A stretch of 64,000 nucleotides of DNA from Candidatus Parcubacteria bacterium (GTDB lineage: Bacteria > Patescibacteriota > Patescibacteriia > UBA1558 > GWA2-36-10), in assembly GCA_018669975.1 (NCBI GenBank), contig JABHSK010000007.1, forward strand, positions 128,390 to 192,389, written 5' to 3'. Below the pieces are notes generated by a model. The model did not search any database, was not told the DNA's origin, and saw nothing but the letters and a program-made list of their open reading frames with translations. A program made the translations under genes and the position numbers. This document shows positions 9,541-19,921 of this stretch, piece after piece (position 1 is the stretch's first letter; each line of letters opens with the position of its first letter).

Positions 9541-10625
9541 TGAAAAAAACTTTATTATTAACACATGAATATTATCCTTTTAAGGGTGGAGTAGCGCGTT
9601 ATTGCTATAACATGTTTAAGTTTTTTGATAAGGATGATTATCTAGTAGTTACAGATCATCCAGAAGTAAAAACGCAGGACAATATTATTAATGTTCGACT
9701 GACTCATAAATTTATTAAGCCTAGTTGGTTATTTAGTTTTTGGAAAATCAGAAAAATAATCAAAGATAATGATATTGAGCAGATATTCACACCGAATATT
9801 TTACCACTTGGCTCTATGGCTCATTGGTTGGGTGTGCCATATATAATTTCTTTGCATGGTTTGGATATTAATTTAGCTTTGAAAAATAAGCCAAGGTTAA
9901 CAGCTAAAATACTTAGTAGGGCTGACAAGATAATCGTTAACACAAAGAATACAGCTAAGTTGATTTCTCATCTTAAATTTCCGCAGGATAAAATACGCTT
10001 GGTATATCCCAGTCTTGATTTTAATGCTAGTCATAATCCCGATAAACTACTCAAGATAAAACAATCATTAAATATTGAATCGGGGGATAAAATTTTGTTG
10101 ACAGTAGGTCGTTTAAATAGACGCAAGGGGCAAGACATTGTTATCCGAGCCGTTAATCAACTTAAGAAAGAATTGAATCTCAAATATATCATTGTTGGTA
10201 GCGGTGATTTTAAAAAAGAATTACTGCTTTTGATTAGAAAATACCAATTACAAGATAGGGTTTTTATTTATAGTGGAGTAGAGGATGAGGATTTAATTTG
10301 TTATTATAAGCTAGCTGATATTTTCGTTATGCCTAATCGTCATGATAAGACTGACATTGAAGGTTTTGGAGTAGTTTTTTTAGAAGCAGCTAGATTGAGC
10401 ATACCGATTATAGGAGGAAATAGTGGTGGGGTAACAGAGCTTTTTACTCATGAAAAGAACGCTCTATTAGTAAATAATGAGAATGTAGACCAATTAATTG
10501 AGTATATTAAGCGCTTATTGAATAATCCTGAAGAAGCTGATAAACTAGCCAAAAGGGCTTTTGCTAGATCTCAAGATTTTGCTGATGCACAGGAACAAAG
10601 TCTACTTTTAAGTAAAGTATTATGA
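9540..10625 (+). CDS. Glycosyltransferase family 4 (GT-B)
   Basis: C-terminal GFGVVFLEAARLSIPIIGGNSGGVTELF (E-x7-E region). Confidence 0.75.
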   Translation: MKKTLLLTHEYYPFKGGVARYCYNMFKFFDKDDYLVVTDHPEVKTQDNIINVRLTHKFIKPSWLFSFWKIRKIIKDNDIEQIFTPNILPLGSMAHWLGVPYIISLHGLDINLALKNKPRLTAKILSRADKIIVNTKNTAKLISHLKFPQDKIRLVYPSLDFNASHNPDKLLKIKQSLNIESGDKILLTVGRLNRRKGQDIVIRAVNQLKKELNLKYIIVGSGDFKKELLLLIRKYQLQDRVFIYSGVEDEDLICYYKLADIFVMPNRHDKTDIEGFGVVFLEAARLSIPIIGGNSGGVTELFTHEKNALLVNNENVDQLIEYIKRLLNNPEEADKLAKRAFARSQDFADAQEQSLLLSKVL

Positions 10626-11791
10626 AAAAATTTGATGTTATAATGTTTAACATGTCCAACTATTCCGAATGGGATGAGGGTGTTTCTAATAGAAATTTTC
10701 ATGTTTTAAAACAACTAGAGAATAGGCCAGAGGTTGGTAAAATATTAGCAATTGATTATCTACCATTAACCTTTAAGCGAGCATTGAGAAATTACAAGGA
10801 GGATTTGGTGCTCAATGTTGCGGATAGCAAGGTTATTAAGCGTAGTTTAACTTCAAAGGTCAGTAAGGTTTCTGATAAAATTTATATTTATTCAGATGTT
10901 AATTTTTTTATTCGACCAAAAGTAGCCATGAAAGAGATTAAAAAGATGGCTTTGGAATTAAATTTTGGTGATTTAGTAGTTTGGTCCTTTTTCCCTTTTG
11001 CAGCTCCCTATTGGGATACGCTAGGGCAGAAGTTGACTATTTTTGATGCCGTAGATAATTGGACACTGCACTCTTCTTATGCCAAACAAAAAAAGAAGTT
11101 GGAGGCAGCCTATGAAAATATTAAAGATTCAACAGATTTGATTTTTGTAGTTTCTAAAAACTTATTAAACTTTTTTGATGACCAGCCAAATGTTTATTGG
11201 GTTCCAAATGGTGTAGATATAAAACACTATAATAAGAAGTTTACTTTAATAAATAGAGATGTGTCAGATATTCCTAAGCCAATCATCGGCTACATTGGTG
11301 TTATTCAGGATAAAGTAGATCTTAAATTAGTTAAATATTTAGCTGAAAACAATCCTGATAAATCATTAGTCATGGTGGGACCCGTTTGGAATGAACAGGA
11401 TAAATTTAAAATAGAATTAGAAGGTCTGTCTAATGTATACTTTTTAGGTTATAAAAAATATGAAAATGCACCAATGTATATTCAGCAATTTGATATTGGT
11501 ATTATTCCTCATAAGACAGAAGGTTTTAGTGCCAGCACCAATCCAATGAAGGCTTATGAGTATTTGGCCTGTGGTAAGCCTGTGGTAGCTACAAAAAATA
11601 TTGGTGTTGATAATGTCCGAGAAATGGTTAATACAGCTGCTAGCTATGAAGAATTTAATCAGCAGGTTAACGAGTTGTTAGCAGAAGACAATGAGGAGAA
11701 TCAGCAGACACGAAAAGATTTCATCAAAAAGCATTCATGGTTTAATACGGTTAATAAAATGTTAGAATTAATAAATAATAAGTTGAACTAA
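10622..11791 (+). CDS. Glycosyltransferase family 4-like (GT-B)
   Basis: ...PHKTEGFSASTNPMKAYEYLACGKPVVAT...; ATGA-overlapped start with the upstream gene. Confidence 0.65.
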   Translation: MKKFDVIMFNMSNYSEWDEGVSNRNFHVLKQLENRPEVGKILAIDYLPLTFKRALRNYKEDLVLNVADSKVIKRSLTSKVSKVSDKIYIYSDVNFFIRPKVAMKEIKKMALELNFGDLVVWSFFPFAAPYWDTLGQKLTIFDAVDNWTLHSSYAKQKKKLEAAYENIKDSTDLIFVVSKNLLNFFDDQPNVYWVPNGVDIKHYNKKFTLINRDVSDIPKPIIGYIGVIQDKVDLKLVKYLAENNPDKSLVMVGPVWNEQDKFKIELEGLSNVYFLGYKKYENAPMYIQQFDIGIIPHKTEGFSASTNPMKAYEYLACGKPVVATKNIGVDNVREMVNTAASYEEFNQQVNELLAEDNEENQQTRKDFIKKHSWFNTVNKMLELINNKLN

Positions 11792-11793
11792 TT

Positions 11794-12663
11794 ATGTCCA
11801 GTAAACCGGAAGTATCAGTTATTATTGTCAATTGGAAAGTAAGACCACTTTTAGAAAAGTGTCTAGATTCTATTATCGCTAACAGCGAGGGTGTTGATAT
11901 AGAGATTATTTTAGTTGATAATGATTCTCGTGATGGTACTTCAGAAATGGTTATGGCAGAGTACCCACAGGTGAGGATGATTGCTTTGCCTAGAAATCAT
12001 GGCTTTGCCGCCGCTAATAATTTAGCTTTAAAACAAGCACGAGGAAAATATTTATTCTTACTTAATCCTGATACACGAGTAACACCAGAGTTTTTTCCTA
12101 AAATGTTAACTTATTTAAAAGAACATCCAGATGTTGGCATTGTGGGACCAAAGATACTTAATTTTGATAGATCCTTACAATTATCAGTTAGAAGGTTTCC
12201 TGACTTATTGTCACAAATATTGATTCTACTTAAGTTGAAGAATGTGATGGTAGATAATAAGTTTTTGGCACATTATTTGTTTGGTGATTTTGATTATGAA
12301 AAAGAACAACCCGTTGATCAAATAATGGGCGCGGCTATGCTTATACGTCGTGAAGTGTTGGATGAGGTAGGTGTATTTGACCAAAAGTTTTTTATCTGGT
12401 TTGAGGAAGTGGATATTTGTAAACGGGCACACAAAGCAGGTTTTGTGGTGCAGTATTATCCAGGAGTACAGATAATTCATTATGGTGGTTCCAGTTTTAG
12501 TAAGCAGATGATACTATGGAAACAAATAGTTTTTAATAAAAGTTTATTATATTATTTTTGGAAGCATAAACCAATCTGGCAATGGTTTATATTGTTATTG
12601 TTTGCGCCAATAAATCTAGTCTTGACCCTTTTGTATGTCATTTTCCTCGAAAGCAAAAATTAA
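11794..12663 (+). CDS. Glycosyltransferase family 2
   Basis: VSVIIVNWKV...ILVDNDSRDGT and DxD region. Confidence 0.8.
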   Translation: MSSKPEVSVIIVNWKVRPLLEKCLDSIIANSEGVDIEIILVDNDSRDGTSEMVMAEYPQVRMIALPRNHGFAAANNLALKQARGKYLFLLNPDTRVTPEFFPKMLTYLKEHPDVGIVGPKILNFDRSLQLSVRRFPDLLSQILILLKLKNVMVDNKFLAHYLFGDFDYEKEQPVDQIMGAAMLIRREVLDEVGVFDQKFFIWFEEVDICKRAHKAGFVVQYYPGVQIIHYGGSSFSKQMILWKQIVFNKSLLYYFWKHKPIWQWFILLLFAPINLVLTLLYVIFLESKN

Positions 12664-14083
12664 TTATACATTTCGTATTTGTGTATCTATCTTTTTGGTA
12701 GCTGAGTTGTTGTCTTGGCTATCTTTTAATTTCACTACTTTAAATATTATAATTTTACCAGCCATTGCTGCACTGGTGATTTTGTTAGTAATAAGAGATC
12801 CTATTTATGCCCTGTATCTGCCAGCTGCAGAATTATTTTGGGGATCTTTGGGTCATAGTTTTTATTATGATTTTTGGAGTATCCGTTTGGTTATTTTTGT
12901 GGCAGTAATTTTTGCATTTTTTTTAGGTAATTTATTTAACATAAAAAAATTAGCCATAAAAAGAGATGTAAAAGTCTTATTAATCTGGTTGGTATTACTA
13001 CTTTTGATAATATTGTCTGGTGCATCAGCATATTTTGCTAATCGTGATACGGCTAAAATATTTTTTGATGGCAATGCTTATTTTTATTTATTATATCTAC
13101 CTATTTGGTATCAAGTTTACCAAACTAGACACCTGCGCAACATTATAGACATGCTTCAAGCAGCAGCCTTGGTGATAGCCGTTAAGACCTTGGTTGTTTT
13201 CAATTTGTTTTCACAAGGTTATCAGATATTAGATTTGGATTTTATTTATAAATGGATTCGTGATACCAGGACAGGAGAAATTACACCTTTTAGTAATAAT
13301 TTTACTAGAGTGTTTATGCAATCACAAATATATTTATTGGCAGCTTGGTTTTTTGCTTTTATAAGACAACTAAAAGAATATAAGAGTTGGTCTAATTTTA
13401 TTTATTTAGGTGTTTTGGCAGCTGCTTTGTTGGTTAGCTTGTCTAGAAGTTTTTGGCTTGGTGGAGTCTTAGGATTTATATTTTTGCTTGTTAATATAAT
13501 TATTTATCAACGTCGTAATTTATCAGGCTTGATTTACCTGACTATTTTAGGTGTAGTGGCGGTTGGCTTTTTAACAGTACAAATATTTTTCAATTTACCC
13601 AAGTGGAATTCGTTTAATATTGTAGAGCAGAGGACTGTAGATACCACAGAGGCGGCAGCTAATAGTCGTATGAATCTTCTACCAGTTATGTGGCAGGCTG
13701 TTCAAGAAAAACCTATTATGGGCCATGGTTTGGCCAAGGAATTATCTTACCGTTCATCTGATCCACGTATTAAAAATGAAGAAAATCCTGATGGTTGGCA
13801 CACAACCTACGCTTTTGAATGGGGTTGGCTAGATCAGTGGTTAAAGATGGGTATTTTCTTTATAGCTGTGTTGATGGCCTGGGTTTTGCTAATTTATGCG
13901 AGAAGTTATAGACTGTTAATACAGGACCCTGTGCTAGGATTGGGCGTTTTAGCTATTATGACTAGCTTAGGCATTGTTCATATTTTTTCACCATATTTAA
14001 ATCATCCCCTAGGTTTGGGATTATTAATGTTAATGACAGTAATAATTAGTAAAAATGAAAGACAAAGTTTCAGTTACCGTTAG
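12635..14083 (+). CDS. O-antigen ligase / polymerase-like (Wzy_C domain) membrane protein
   Basis: Polytopic protein with an SLSRSFWLGGVLGF Wzy_C-like loop. The start is uncertain because it overlaps the upstream GT2 by 29 nt. Confidence 0.6.
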   Translation: MSFSSKAKINYTFRICVSIFLVAELLSWLSFNFTTLNIIILPAIAALVILLVIRDPIYALYLPAAELFWGSLGHSFYYDFWSIRLVIFVAVIFAFFLGNLFNIKKLAIKRDVKVLLIWLVLLLLIILSGASAYFANRDTAKIFFDGNAYFYLLYLPIWYQVYQTRHLRNIIDMLQAAALVIAVKTLVVFNLFSQGYQILDLDFIYKWIRDTRTGEITPFSNNFTRVFMQSQIYLLAAWFFAFIRQLKEYKSWSNFIYLGVLAAALLVSLSRSFWLGGVLGFIFLLVNIIIYQRRNLSGLIYLTILGVVAVGFLTVQIFFNLPKWNSFNIVEQRTVDTTEAAANSRMNLLPVMWQAVQEKPIMGHGLAKELSYRSSDPRIKNEENPDGWHTTYAFEWGWLDQWLKMGIFFIAVLMAWVLLIYARSYRLLIQDPVLGLGVLAIMTSLGIVHIFSPYLNHPLGLGLLMLMTVIISKNERQSFSYR

Positions 14084-15050
14084 TTTGCTCACTTGGAATG
14101 GAGCAGAGTATTTACCCTGGTTTATAAAGAGTCTTAAAGAGCAGACTTTTAAAAACTGGGAACTTTTGGTATTGGATAATGACTCTTCTGATAGGTCTGT
14201 GGAAATAGTACGAGAGCACTATCCTCAGGCTAGAATAATCCAACAGAAACAAAACATAGGCTTTGCTAGGGGGCATAATTTACTAATTAATTGGTCTGAC
14301 TCCAAGTATGTTTTTGTAGTTAATCAGGATATAATTTTGGAGGAGGATTACCTAGAAAAAGTAGTTGGCTTTTTAGAAAAAAATAATAAAGCTGCTAGTG
14401 CTGCTGGTAAGACGATGTATTGGGATTTTAGAGAGGGACTTAAGAGTAAACGAATTGATTCTTTTGGATTATCCATAAATCGTAAAAGGCAGATGATGGA
14501 TAGTTATCAGGGTAAAGATGATTTTGATTTACCTAACACTGAGGTATTTGGTTTGTCTGGAGCAACAGTAGTATATAGACGTAAAGCTTTAGATATGGTT
14601 GTTACGGCTCAGGCTAGTAACCATTTAGAATATTTTGATGAAGATTTTTTTTCATATAAAGAGGACGTAGATTTAGCCTGGCGTTTGCGTTTAGCTGGTT
14701 GGGAAAATTGGCTAGTGACTGACACTAAGGCTTATCATCATCGTACTGTCAGTGGTCTTGGATCAGCTCGGCAAAAAAGACAGGGTCGTGGCATGGCCAA
14801 CAAACTTTCTTATCGTAACCACCTGATGACTTTGTATAAAAATTCTTTTTATAAAAATTTATTTAGAGATTTTTGGGTGATTAAATGGTATGAGTTTAAA
14901 AAATTTATTTATTTATTAATATTTGAAAGAGGTACTTTAGCGGGTATTGGTGAATATTTTAAAGCCTATCCAAAATTAAAAAAGAAAAGAAAATTTATAA
15001 TGAAGCATCGTAAAGTGGAGGCCAGTGATGTTTACAAATGGTTTAAATAG
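14055..15050 (+). CDS. Glycosyltransferase family 2
   Basis: VSVTVSLLTWNGAEYL...LLVLDNDSSDRS. Confidence 0.8.
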   Translation: MKDKVSVTVSLLTWNGAEYLPWFIKSLKEQTFKNWELLVLDNDSSDRSVEIVREHYPQARIIQQKQNIGFARGHNLLINWSDSKYVFVVNQDIILEEDYLEKVVGFLEKNNKAASAAGKTMYWDFREGLKSKRIDSFGLSINRKRQMMDSYQGKDDFDLPNTEVFGLSGATVVYRRKALDMVVTAQASNHLEYFDEDFFSYKEDVDLAWRLRLAGWENWLVTDTKAYHHRTVSGLGSARQKRQGRGMANKLSYRNHLMTLYKNSFYKNLFRDFWVIKWYEFKKFIYLLIFERGTLAGIGEYFKAYPKLKKKRKFIMKHRKVEASDVYKWFK

Positions 15051-15855
15051 TATGGATTTATCAATAATTATATTAAATTATCATAATAAGAACTTAACTA
15101 AAGAACTGCTTAAGAATTTAGTAGAGTTAAATTTGCCCTATAATTATGAAACTATTGTGGTAGACAATAATTCTCATGATGGAATAGAGGAAGTAGTTAA
15201 GCGGTTTGATGGGGTTATATTTATTCAAAGTAAAAAAAACGGTGGCTTTGCCCATGGGAATAATTTAGGCATCAAACAAGCTCAGGGTAAATATATCATG
15301 ATAATGAATCCAGACTTGGCTATTTTGTCAGATGCTATTGATCAATTATATAATTATATGGAGGAGCATCCAGAGGTTGGTCTAGCAGGACCACGTTTGA
15401 TAAATGCTGATAAAAGTGTGCAATATTCTTGCACATCTTTCCCCGATTGGCGCTTACCAATGTATCGTCGTACTTCTTTGGCTAATACTAAGACTGGAAA
15501 AAAATGGTTATATAAATACCTAATGAAAGATTTTGATCATTATAAGAATGATTATGTGCCAGCTTTATTTGGGGCCTGTTTAATATTTAGAAAATCTACT
15601 TTAGCCAAGGTAGGATTATTAGACGAAAGATACTTTATGTACATGGAGGATTTAGATTGGTCACGGCGTTTTTGGCAGGCTGGTTATAAAGTGGCCTATG
15701 TAGGTCAGGCAGAAATCATTCACTTGCACCGTCGTCAGTCAGCAGCTGAGAGTTTACCTAGAACGCTGTTAGCTAAATCTGCTCGGCATCACGTAATTAG
15801 TTTTATTAAATATTTATTAAAATTTAAAGGTAAGGATTTGCCAGAAGCAAAATAA
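15025..15855 (+). CDS. Glycosyltransferase family 2
   Basis: LSIIILNYHN...IVVDNNSHDG. Confidence 0.8.
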   Translation: MMFTNGLNSMDLSIIILNYHNKNLTKELLKNLVELNLPYNYETIVVDNNSHDGIEEVVKRFDGVIFIQSKKNGGFAHGNNLGIKQAQGKYIMIMNPDLAILSDAIDQLYNYMEEHPEVGLAGPRLINADKSVQYSCTSFPDWRLPMYRRTSLANTKTGKKWLYKYLMKDFDHYKNDYVPALFGACLIFRKSTLAKVGLLDERYFMYMEDLDWSRRFWQAGYKVAYVGQAEIIHLHRRQSAAESLPRTLLAKSARHHVISFIKYLLKFKGKDLPEAK

Positions 15856-15886
15856 AAGGCCCCGCACTAAGTGCGGGGCTGTTTTA
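15856..15886 (+). terminator. Terminator of the glycan operon
   Basis: ggccccgcac-taa-gtgcggggct followed by gtttt. Confidence 0.7.
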
Positions 15887-15920
15887 ATTTCTGCCAAATA
15901 ATAATTACTATTAGTTTAAA

Positions 15921-15950
15921 AAAGAAAAACCCCCTCACTTTGTGAGGGGG
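15921..15950 (-). terminator. Terminator of minus-strand cassette 15965..16587
   Basis: ccccctcac-ttt-gtgaggggg; A-run on plus means a T-run follows on minus. Confidence 0.65.
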
Positions 15951-15964
15951 TCGCCCTTGATGGG

Positions 15965-16396
15965 CTAGGAGGTGGAACTTGTTGTCCGTTGTTTGCGTCT
16001 AGCAAAGAGCTTGCGGAGCAGCCAAATGACCACGATCAGTACCAAGACGAATTTGGCTAGTGCCCAGAGATCCCAGATGAATCGCATGCTAAAGAGATAG
16101 CCGAAGAATGATTTGATTTTGGGGATAGGATCCACAAAGCCATGGTTCTTCTGGTAGACTTCATCTGGAGTCATAAAGGTTAGTGAGTCAACGGGCACTT
16201 CGCGCGTATCTTCGAAGTAGCGGAATTGTCCGTTGTCGCTCTGCGTCCAACGCAGCACTTTCCAGTATTTGGATCCTTGAGCGTTAGTTCGTTCGATGCA
16301 GGGGACTTCACGATAAGTAATGATCTTGGCCATACAGCTGGAGCTGATGGCCAGCAGCGTTAGGACTGCGACCAGTATCAGGGCCAGCTTTTTCAT
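15965..16396 (-). CDS. Hypothetical exported/membrane-anchored protein (signal peptide, about 80-aa domain, C-terminal TM, basic tail). GC-rich cassette gene.
   Basis: 143-aa ORF, N-terminal MKKLALILVAVLTLLAISSSC. About 50% GC against an about 33% backbone. Second gene of a two-gene unit. Confidence 0.55.
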   Translation of the reverse strand: MKKLALILVAVLTLLAISSSCMAKIITYREVPCIERTNAQGSKYWKVLRWTQSDNGQFRYFEDTREVPVDSLTFMTPDEVYQKNHGFVDPIPKIKSFFGYLFSMRFIWDLWALAKFVLVLIVVIWLLRKLFARRKQRTTSSTS

Positions 16397-16398
16397 AT

Positions 16399-16587
16399 TC
16401 AGTCTCCTTTTGGGTGTTGGATAGTTACCTTTCCGGTCAGCGTCATGCTGACAAAAGGACCAAACAGCTCGTTACTCACGCAATTGACGCAAGCGCCAAT
16501 AACACGCTTGAATTGATAGAGGTATATAGTGCTGAGGGTCAGTACAAGCAGCAGTAAGGGGAGTGCGATTTTCAGTGTGAGTTCCAT
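16399..16587 (-). CDS. Hypothetical single-TM small protein (62 aa from the SD-preceded Met). GC-rich cassette gene.
   Basis: The ORF track begins at 16611, but AAAGGAG lies 6 nt before the second ATG (MELTLK...). Three-nt gap to the downstream gene. Confidence 0.5.
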   Translation of the reverse strand: MELTLKIALPLLLLVLTLSTIYLYQFKRVIGACVNCVSNELFGPFVSMTLTGKVTIQHPKGD

Positions 16588-16629
16588 GAGTACTCCTTTG
16601 TTAATGTTCATTGCACTGTTGTAGTGCTA

Positions 16630-16684
16630 ATTGACTATTTGGAAGTCAATATATAATTATAGCATATTTTATGCATTTTGTCAA
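16630..16684 (-). promoter_or_regulatory. Consensus promoter (TTGACA-N17-TATAAT) plus operator-like inverted repeat ATTGACT-N7-AGTCAAT for cassette 16587..15965
   Basis: Minus-strand read: ttgacaaaatgcataaaatatgctataat tatatattgacttccaaatagtcaat. Confidence 0.6.
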
Positions 16685-16707
16685 TATTCTTAGGTTTTAA
16701 GATAAAA

Positions 16708-16735
16708 AAACTCCTCGTTAGCATAACAAGGAGTA
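16708..16735 (-). terminator. Terminator of 16753..16995
   Basis: Imperfect hairpin actcctcgtt/aacaaggagt with a T-run on the minus strand. Confidence 0.5.
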
Positions 16736-16752
16736 ATAGCCATTAAACGGGC

Positions 16753-16995
16753 TTATTTTGTCTGTTTAGGCCTTTTCCTGAAGATCAGGTAAAAGGTTCC
16801 CAGGCCAGCTAGGATAAAGCCCATGCCAGGCAAAATAACGTTTAGGCGGCCAGTGAAATAGCCAAGAACTATGCAGAGGATTACCCAACTAATGATGACC
16901 CAAGGTATGTCTTTTGGTTTGATTTTTATATAAATCATAACCAGACCTTTCGCTGAAGAAAATAGAAAAAACAAGTGAACAGTAGTTTTTAACAT
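16753..16995 (-). CDS. Hypothetical small membrane protein (2 TM)
   Basis: 80-aa hydrophobic ORF with backbone-like composition. Confidence 0.4.
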   Translation of the reverse strand: MLKTTVHLFFLFSSAKGLVMIYIKIKPKDIPWVIISWVILCIVLGYFTGRLNVILPGMGFILAGLGTFYLIFRKRPKQTK

Positions 16996-17088
16996 GTTTT
17001 GTTGATTTTGTCAATTATCAGGCTGATATCAACATTGATTTTTAGTTCAAAATTGGGTATTATTAGTCTATAAATTTATAAAAATAAT

Positions 17089-18588
17089 ATGGAGAAAAAT
17101 CAAAAATCAGAGATTGATATCAATGATGAATATCAACAACGTTTAGCTAAGTTAGCAAGTCTAAAAAAACAGGGCATAGACCCATATCCAGCTAGGACAA
17201 ATAAAAATACAACAGTAGCTGATTTTTTGAATGATTTTGATAAGTTATTCAAAAGTCAAAAAGTAATAATTGTAGCTGGGCGCATTACTAGTTTAAGGAT
17301 GCAGGGTGGTTCTTGTTTTTTGAATATTGAAGATTATTCTGGTAAAGTGCAGATTTTTTTACGAAAAGATCAGGTTGGCGCAGAGGAGTATAAAATTTTC
17401 AAAGAAAATTACGATTTAGGAGATTTTGTAGAATTTTCTGGCAAAGCTTTTGAGACCAGGACTAAAGAGCCAACTTTATTGGCAGACAAGTTTATTATTT
17501 TAAGTAAAACTTTATTGCCGCTGCCAGATCAATACTATGGCCTTAAGGACCCAGATCTAAGATATAGAAAAAGATATTTAGATTTACTGATTAATCCAGA
17601 GGTCAAGCAGACTTTTGCTTTGCGTAGTCAAATTATAAAATTAACTAGACAGTATTTTGACAAACACGATTTCATGGAGGTTGATACTCCGGTTTTGCAG
17701 AGTGTAGCTGGGGGGGCCACTGCCCAACCATTTGTTACTCATCACAATGCTTTGGATATGGATTTGTATTTGCGAGTGGCTCCTGAGCTTTATTTGAAAC
17801 GTTTGATTATTGGTGGTTATGATAAAGTTTATGAGATTGCCAGGTGTTTCCGTAATGAAGGTATCGATCATCAACATAATCCAGAGTTTACTCAAATTGA
17901 AGCTTATTGGGCATATCAGGATTATGATTTCTTGATGAAGTTTACGGAAAACTTTTTTGAATTTTTAGTTAAAGAAATTAACAACGGGGATACTAAAATT
18001 AAGAATGGTAAAGATACTATAGACTTTAAGACTCCTTATCCACGTTTAGATTTCAAAGAAGAGCTAGATAAAGCACTGAAGATTGATCTAGATAAGACTA
18101 ATGACAAGGATTTGATAGCTATAGCCAAGAAAGCTAAATTACCAGTAGACTCGACTTGGGGTCGGGGTAAGCTTTTGGATGAGTTGTATAAAAAATTTGT
18201 ACGCTTAAAAATTACTCAGCCAGCTTTTATTATCAATCATCCTTTAGAGCTTTCGCCACTATCTAAAAAGATTCCAGATAGAGAGAATTATGTAGAAAGG
18301 TTTCAATTGGTAGTGAAAACAGCTGAAATGTGTAATGCTTTTTCTGAGCTTAATGATGCACTAGATCAAGAAGAGCGTTTTGTAGAGCAAAAAAAACTAC
18401 GTGAAGCTGGTGATGAGGAAGCTCAGGGTGCTGACGCTGAATTTGTTGAAGCACTCAAACATGGCATGCCACCAACAGCTGGAATTGGTATTGGTATAGA
18501 CAGGCTGGTAATGATGTTGGGTGACATAGAAAACATCAAGGAAGTTATTTTATTCCCAACTATGAGACCAAAGAATGAAGATAAATAA
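17089..18588 (+). CDS. lysS: Lysyl-tRNA synthetase, class II
   Basis: FRNEGIDHQHNPEFTQIEAYWAY (motif 2) and class II motif 3. Confidence 0.9.
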   Translation: MEKNQKSEIDINDEYQQRLAKLASLKKQGIDPYPARTNKNTTVADFLNDFDKLFKSQKVIIVAGRITSLRMQGGSCFLNIEDYSGKVQIFLRKDQVGAEEYKIFKENYDLGDFVEFSGKAFETRTKEPTLLADKFIILSKTLLPLPDQYYGLKDPDLRYRKRYLDLLINPEVKQTFALRSQIIKLTRQYFDKHDFMEVDTPVLQSVAGGATAQPFVTHHNALDMDLYLRVAPELYLKRLIIGGYDKVYEIARCFRNEGIDHQHNPEFTQIEAYWAYQDYDFLMKFTENFFEFLVKEINNGDTKIKNGKDTIDFKTPYPRLDFKEELDKALKIDLDKTNDKDLIAIAKKAKLPVDSTWGRGKLLDELYKKFVRLKITQPAFIINHPLELSPLSKKIPDRENYVERFQLVVKTAEMCNAFSELNDALDQEERFVEQKKLREAGDEEAQGADAEFVEALKHGMPPTAGIGIGIDRLVMMLGDIENIKEVILFPTMRPKNEDK

Positions 18589-19177
18589 ACTTTTAGTAGC
18601 TACTCATAATCCTGGAAAGTTTGTCGAAATAAAACGACAACTAACTGATTTGGGCATAGAGGTTGTTTCACTTAAGGATGTCGGGATCGATCAGGACTTT
18701 GAAGAGACCGGTAATACTTTTGAAGACAATGCACGTGGTAAGGCTAGATTTTATTATAAATTGGCAGGCATACCAACCATAGCGGATGATTCTGGATTAG
18801 AGGTGGATGCTTTGGGTGGAGAACCCGGAGTGAAATCACGCCGTTGGCCTGGTTATGAAGCTGGAGATCAAGAGTTGTTAGATCTGTTAGTTAATAAATT
18901 AAAAGGTGTGCCTTGGGAAAAGAGAACGGCTACCTTTATAGCTACTGCAGTGATTATTGATGGTGATAAAGAAATAGTAACTAGAGGGGAGAACAGGGGT
19001 AAAATTGGCTTAAAGTTAGCTTGTCCAATAAAACCAGGGATACCGTGGGCTTCAATATTTTATCCAGAGGGGCACGATAAGGTTTTCTCTCAATTAAGTA
19101 TTGATGATAAAAATAAAATTAGCCATCGCGGCAAAGCATTAAATAAAGTAATTAAAGAATTAAAAGAAAATGATTAA
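18575..19177 (+). CDS. rdgB: dITP/XTP pyrophosphatase (Ham1/RdgB)
   Basis: [15 protein letters not shown]...[17 protein letters not shown]. Confidence 0.85.
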   Translation: MKINKLLVATHNPGKFVEIKRQLTDLGIEVVSLKDVGIDQDFEETGNTFEDNARGKARFYYKLAGIPTIADDSGLEVDALGGEPGVKSRRWPGYEAGDQELLDLLVNKLKGVPWEKRTATFIATAVIIDGDKEIVTRGENRGKIGLKLACPIKPGIPWASIFYPEGHDKVFSQLSIDDKNKISHRGKALNKVIKELKEND

Positions 19178-19919
19178 AAAACTATTTTTATTGACCGCTC
19201 TAGTATTCATTTTTAGCGGTTGTAGTGCAACTCAACAAACAAAGGTGACAGAGGATTGTCGATCAATTACCAACTTAGATCAATGTGTAGAGTCGGATTG
19301 TGTGGTTTGTCCACCATGCGCGGCTTGTAGTTCGCTTAGTTGTCAAACAGAGGAGTTTTGTGCGGATTTAGGTCCAGGTTTCGATAATGAATGGTATAAA
19401 AATATTCAACAAAATATAATTGATACAAATAAAACAATGGATGCAATAATTAAAACCAATAAAGGGGATATTAAGATTGAGCTTCATGCTGGTAAAACCC
19501 CAAAGACAGTAGACAATTTTGTTAAATTGTCAAAGGAAGGATTTTACGATGGTATTTATTTTCATCGAGTAATTCCTGATTTTATGATTCAAACTGGAGA
19601 CCCTCAAGCTAAAGGTACCCCAGGAGTAGATTTTTCATTTGAACGGGATGGTAGTGGTTTACCTATAGCTGGCACCGGTGGACCTGGTTATAAATTTGCT
19701 GATGAATTTCAGCCTGATCTTAAACACGATGTTCCGGGTATAGTTTCAATGGCTAACTCAGGTCCAGGTACCAATGGTTCGCAATTTTTCATTACTCACG
19801 TGGCTACACCTTGGTTAGACAATATGCACACTGTCTTCGGTAGAGTGCTAGAAGGACAGGATATAGTAGATAGTATTGTTCAAGGTGATAAAATAGAAGG
19901 TATTATCATTAATGAATAA
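19170..19919 (+). CDS. Cyclophilin-type peptidyl-prolyl isomerase lipoprotein with a Cys-rich N-terminal extension
   Basis: Lipobox FSGC; [15 protein letters not shown] and [17 protein letters not shown] cyclophilin motifs. Confidence 0.8.
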   Translation: MIKKLFLLTALVFIFSGCSATQQTKVTEDCRSITNLDQCVESDCVVCPPCAACSSLSCQTEEFCADLGPGFDNEWYKNIQQNIIDTNKTMDAIIKTNKGDIKIELHAGKTPKTVDNFVKLSKEGFYDGIYFHRVIPDFMIQTGDPQAKGTPGVDFSFERDGSGLPIAGTGGPGYKFADEFQPDLKHDVPGIVSMANSGPGTNGSQFFITHVATPWLDNMHTVFGRVLEGQDIVDSIVQGDKIEGIIINE

Positions 19920-19921
19920 TT

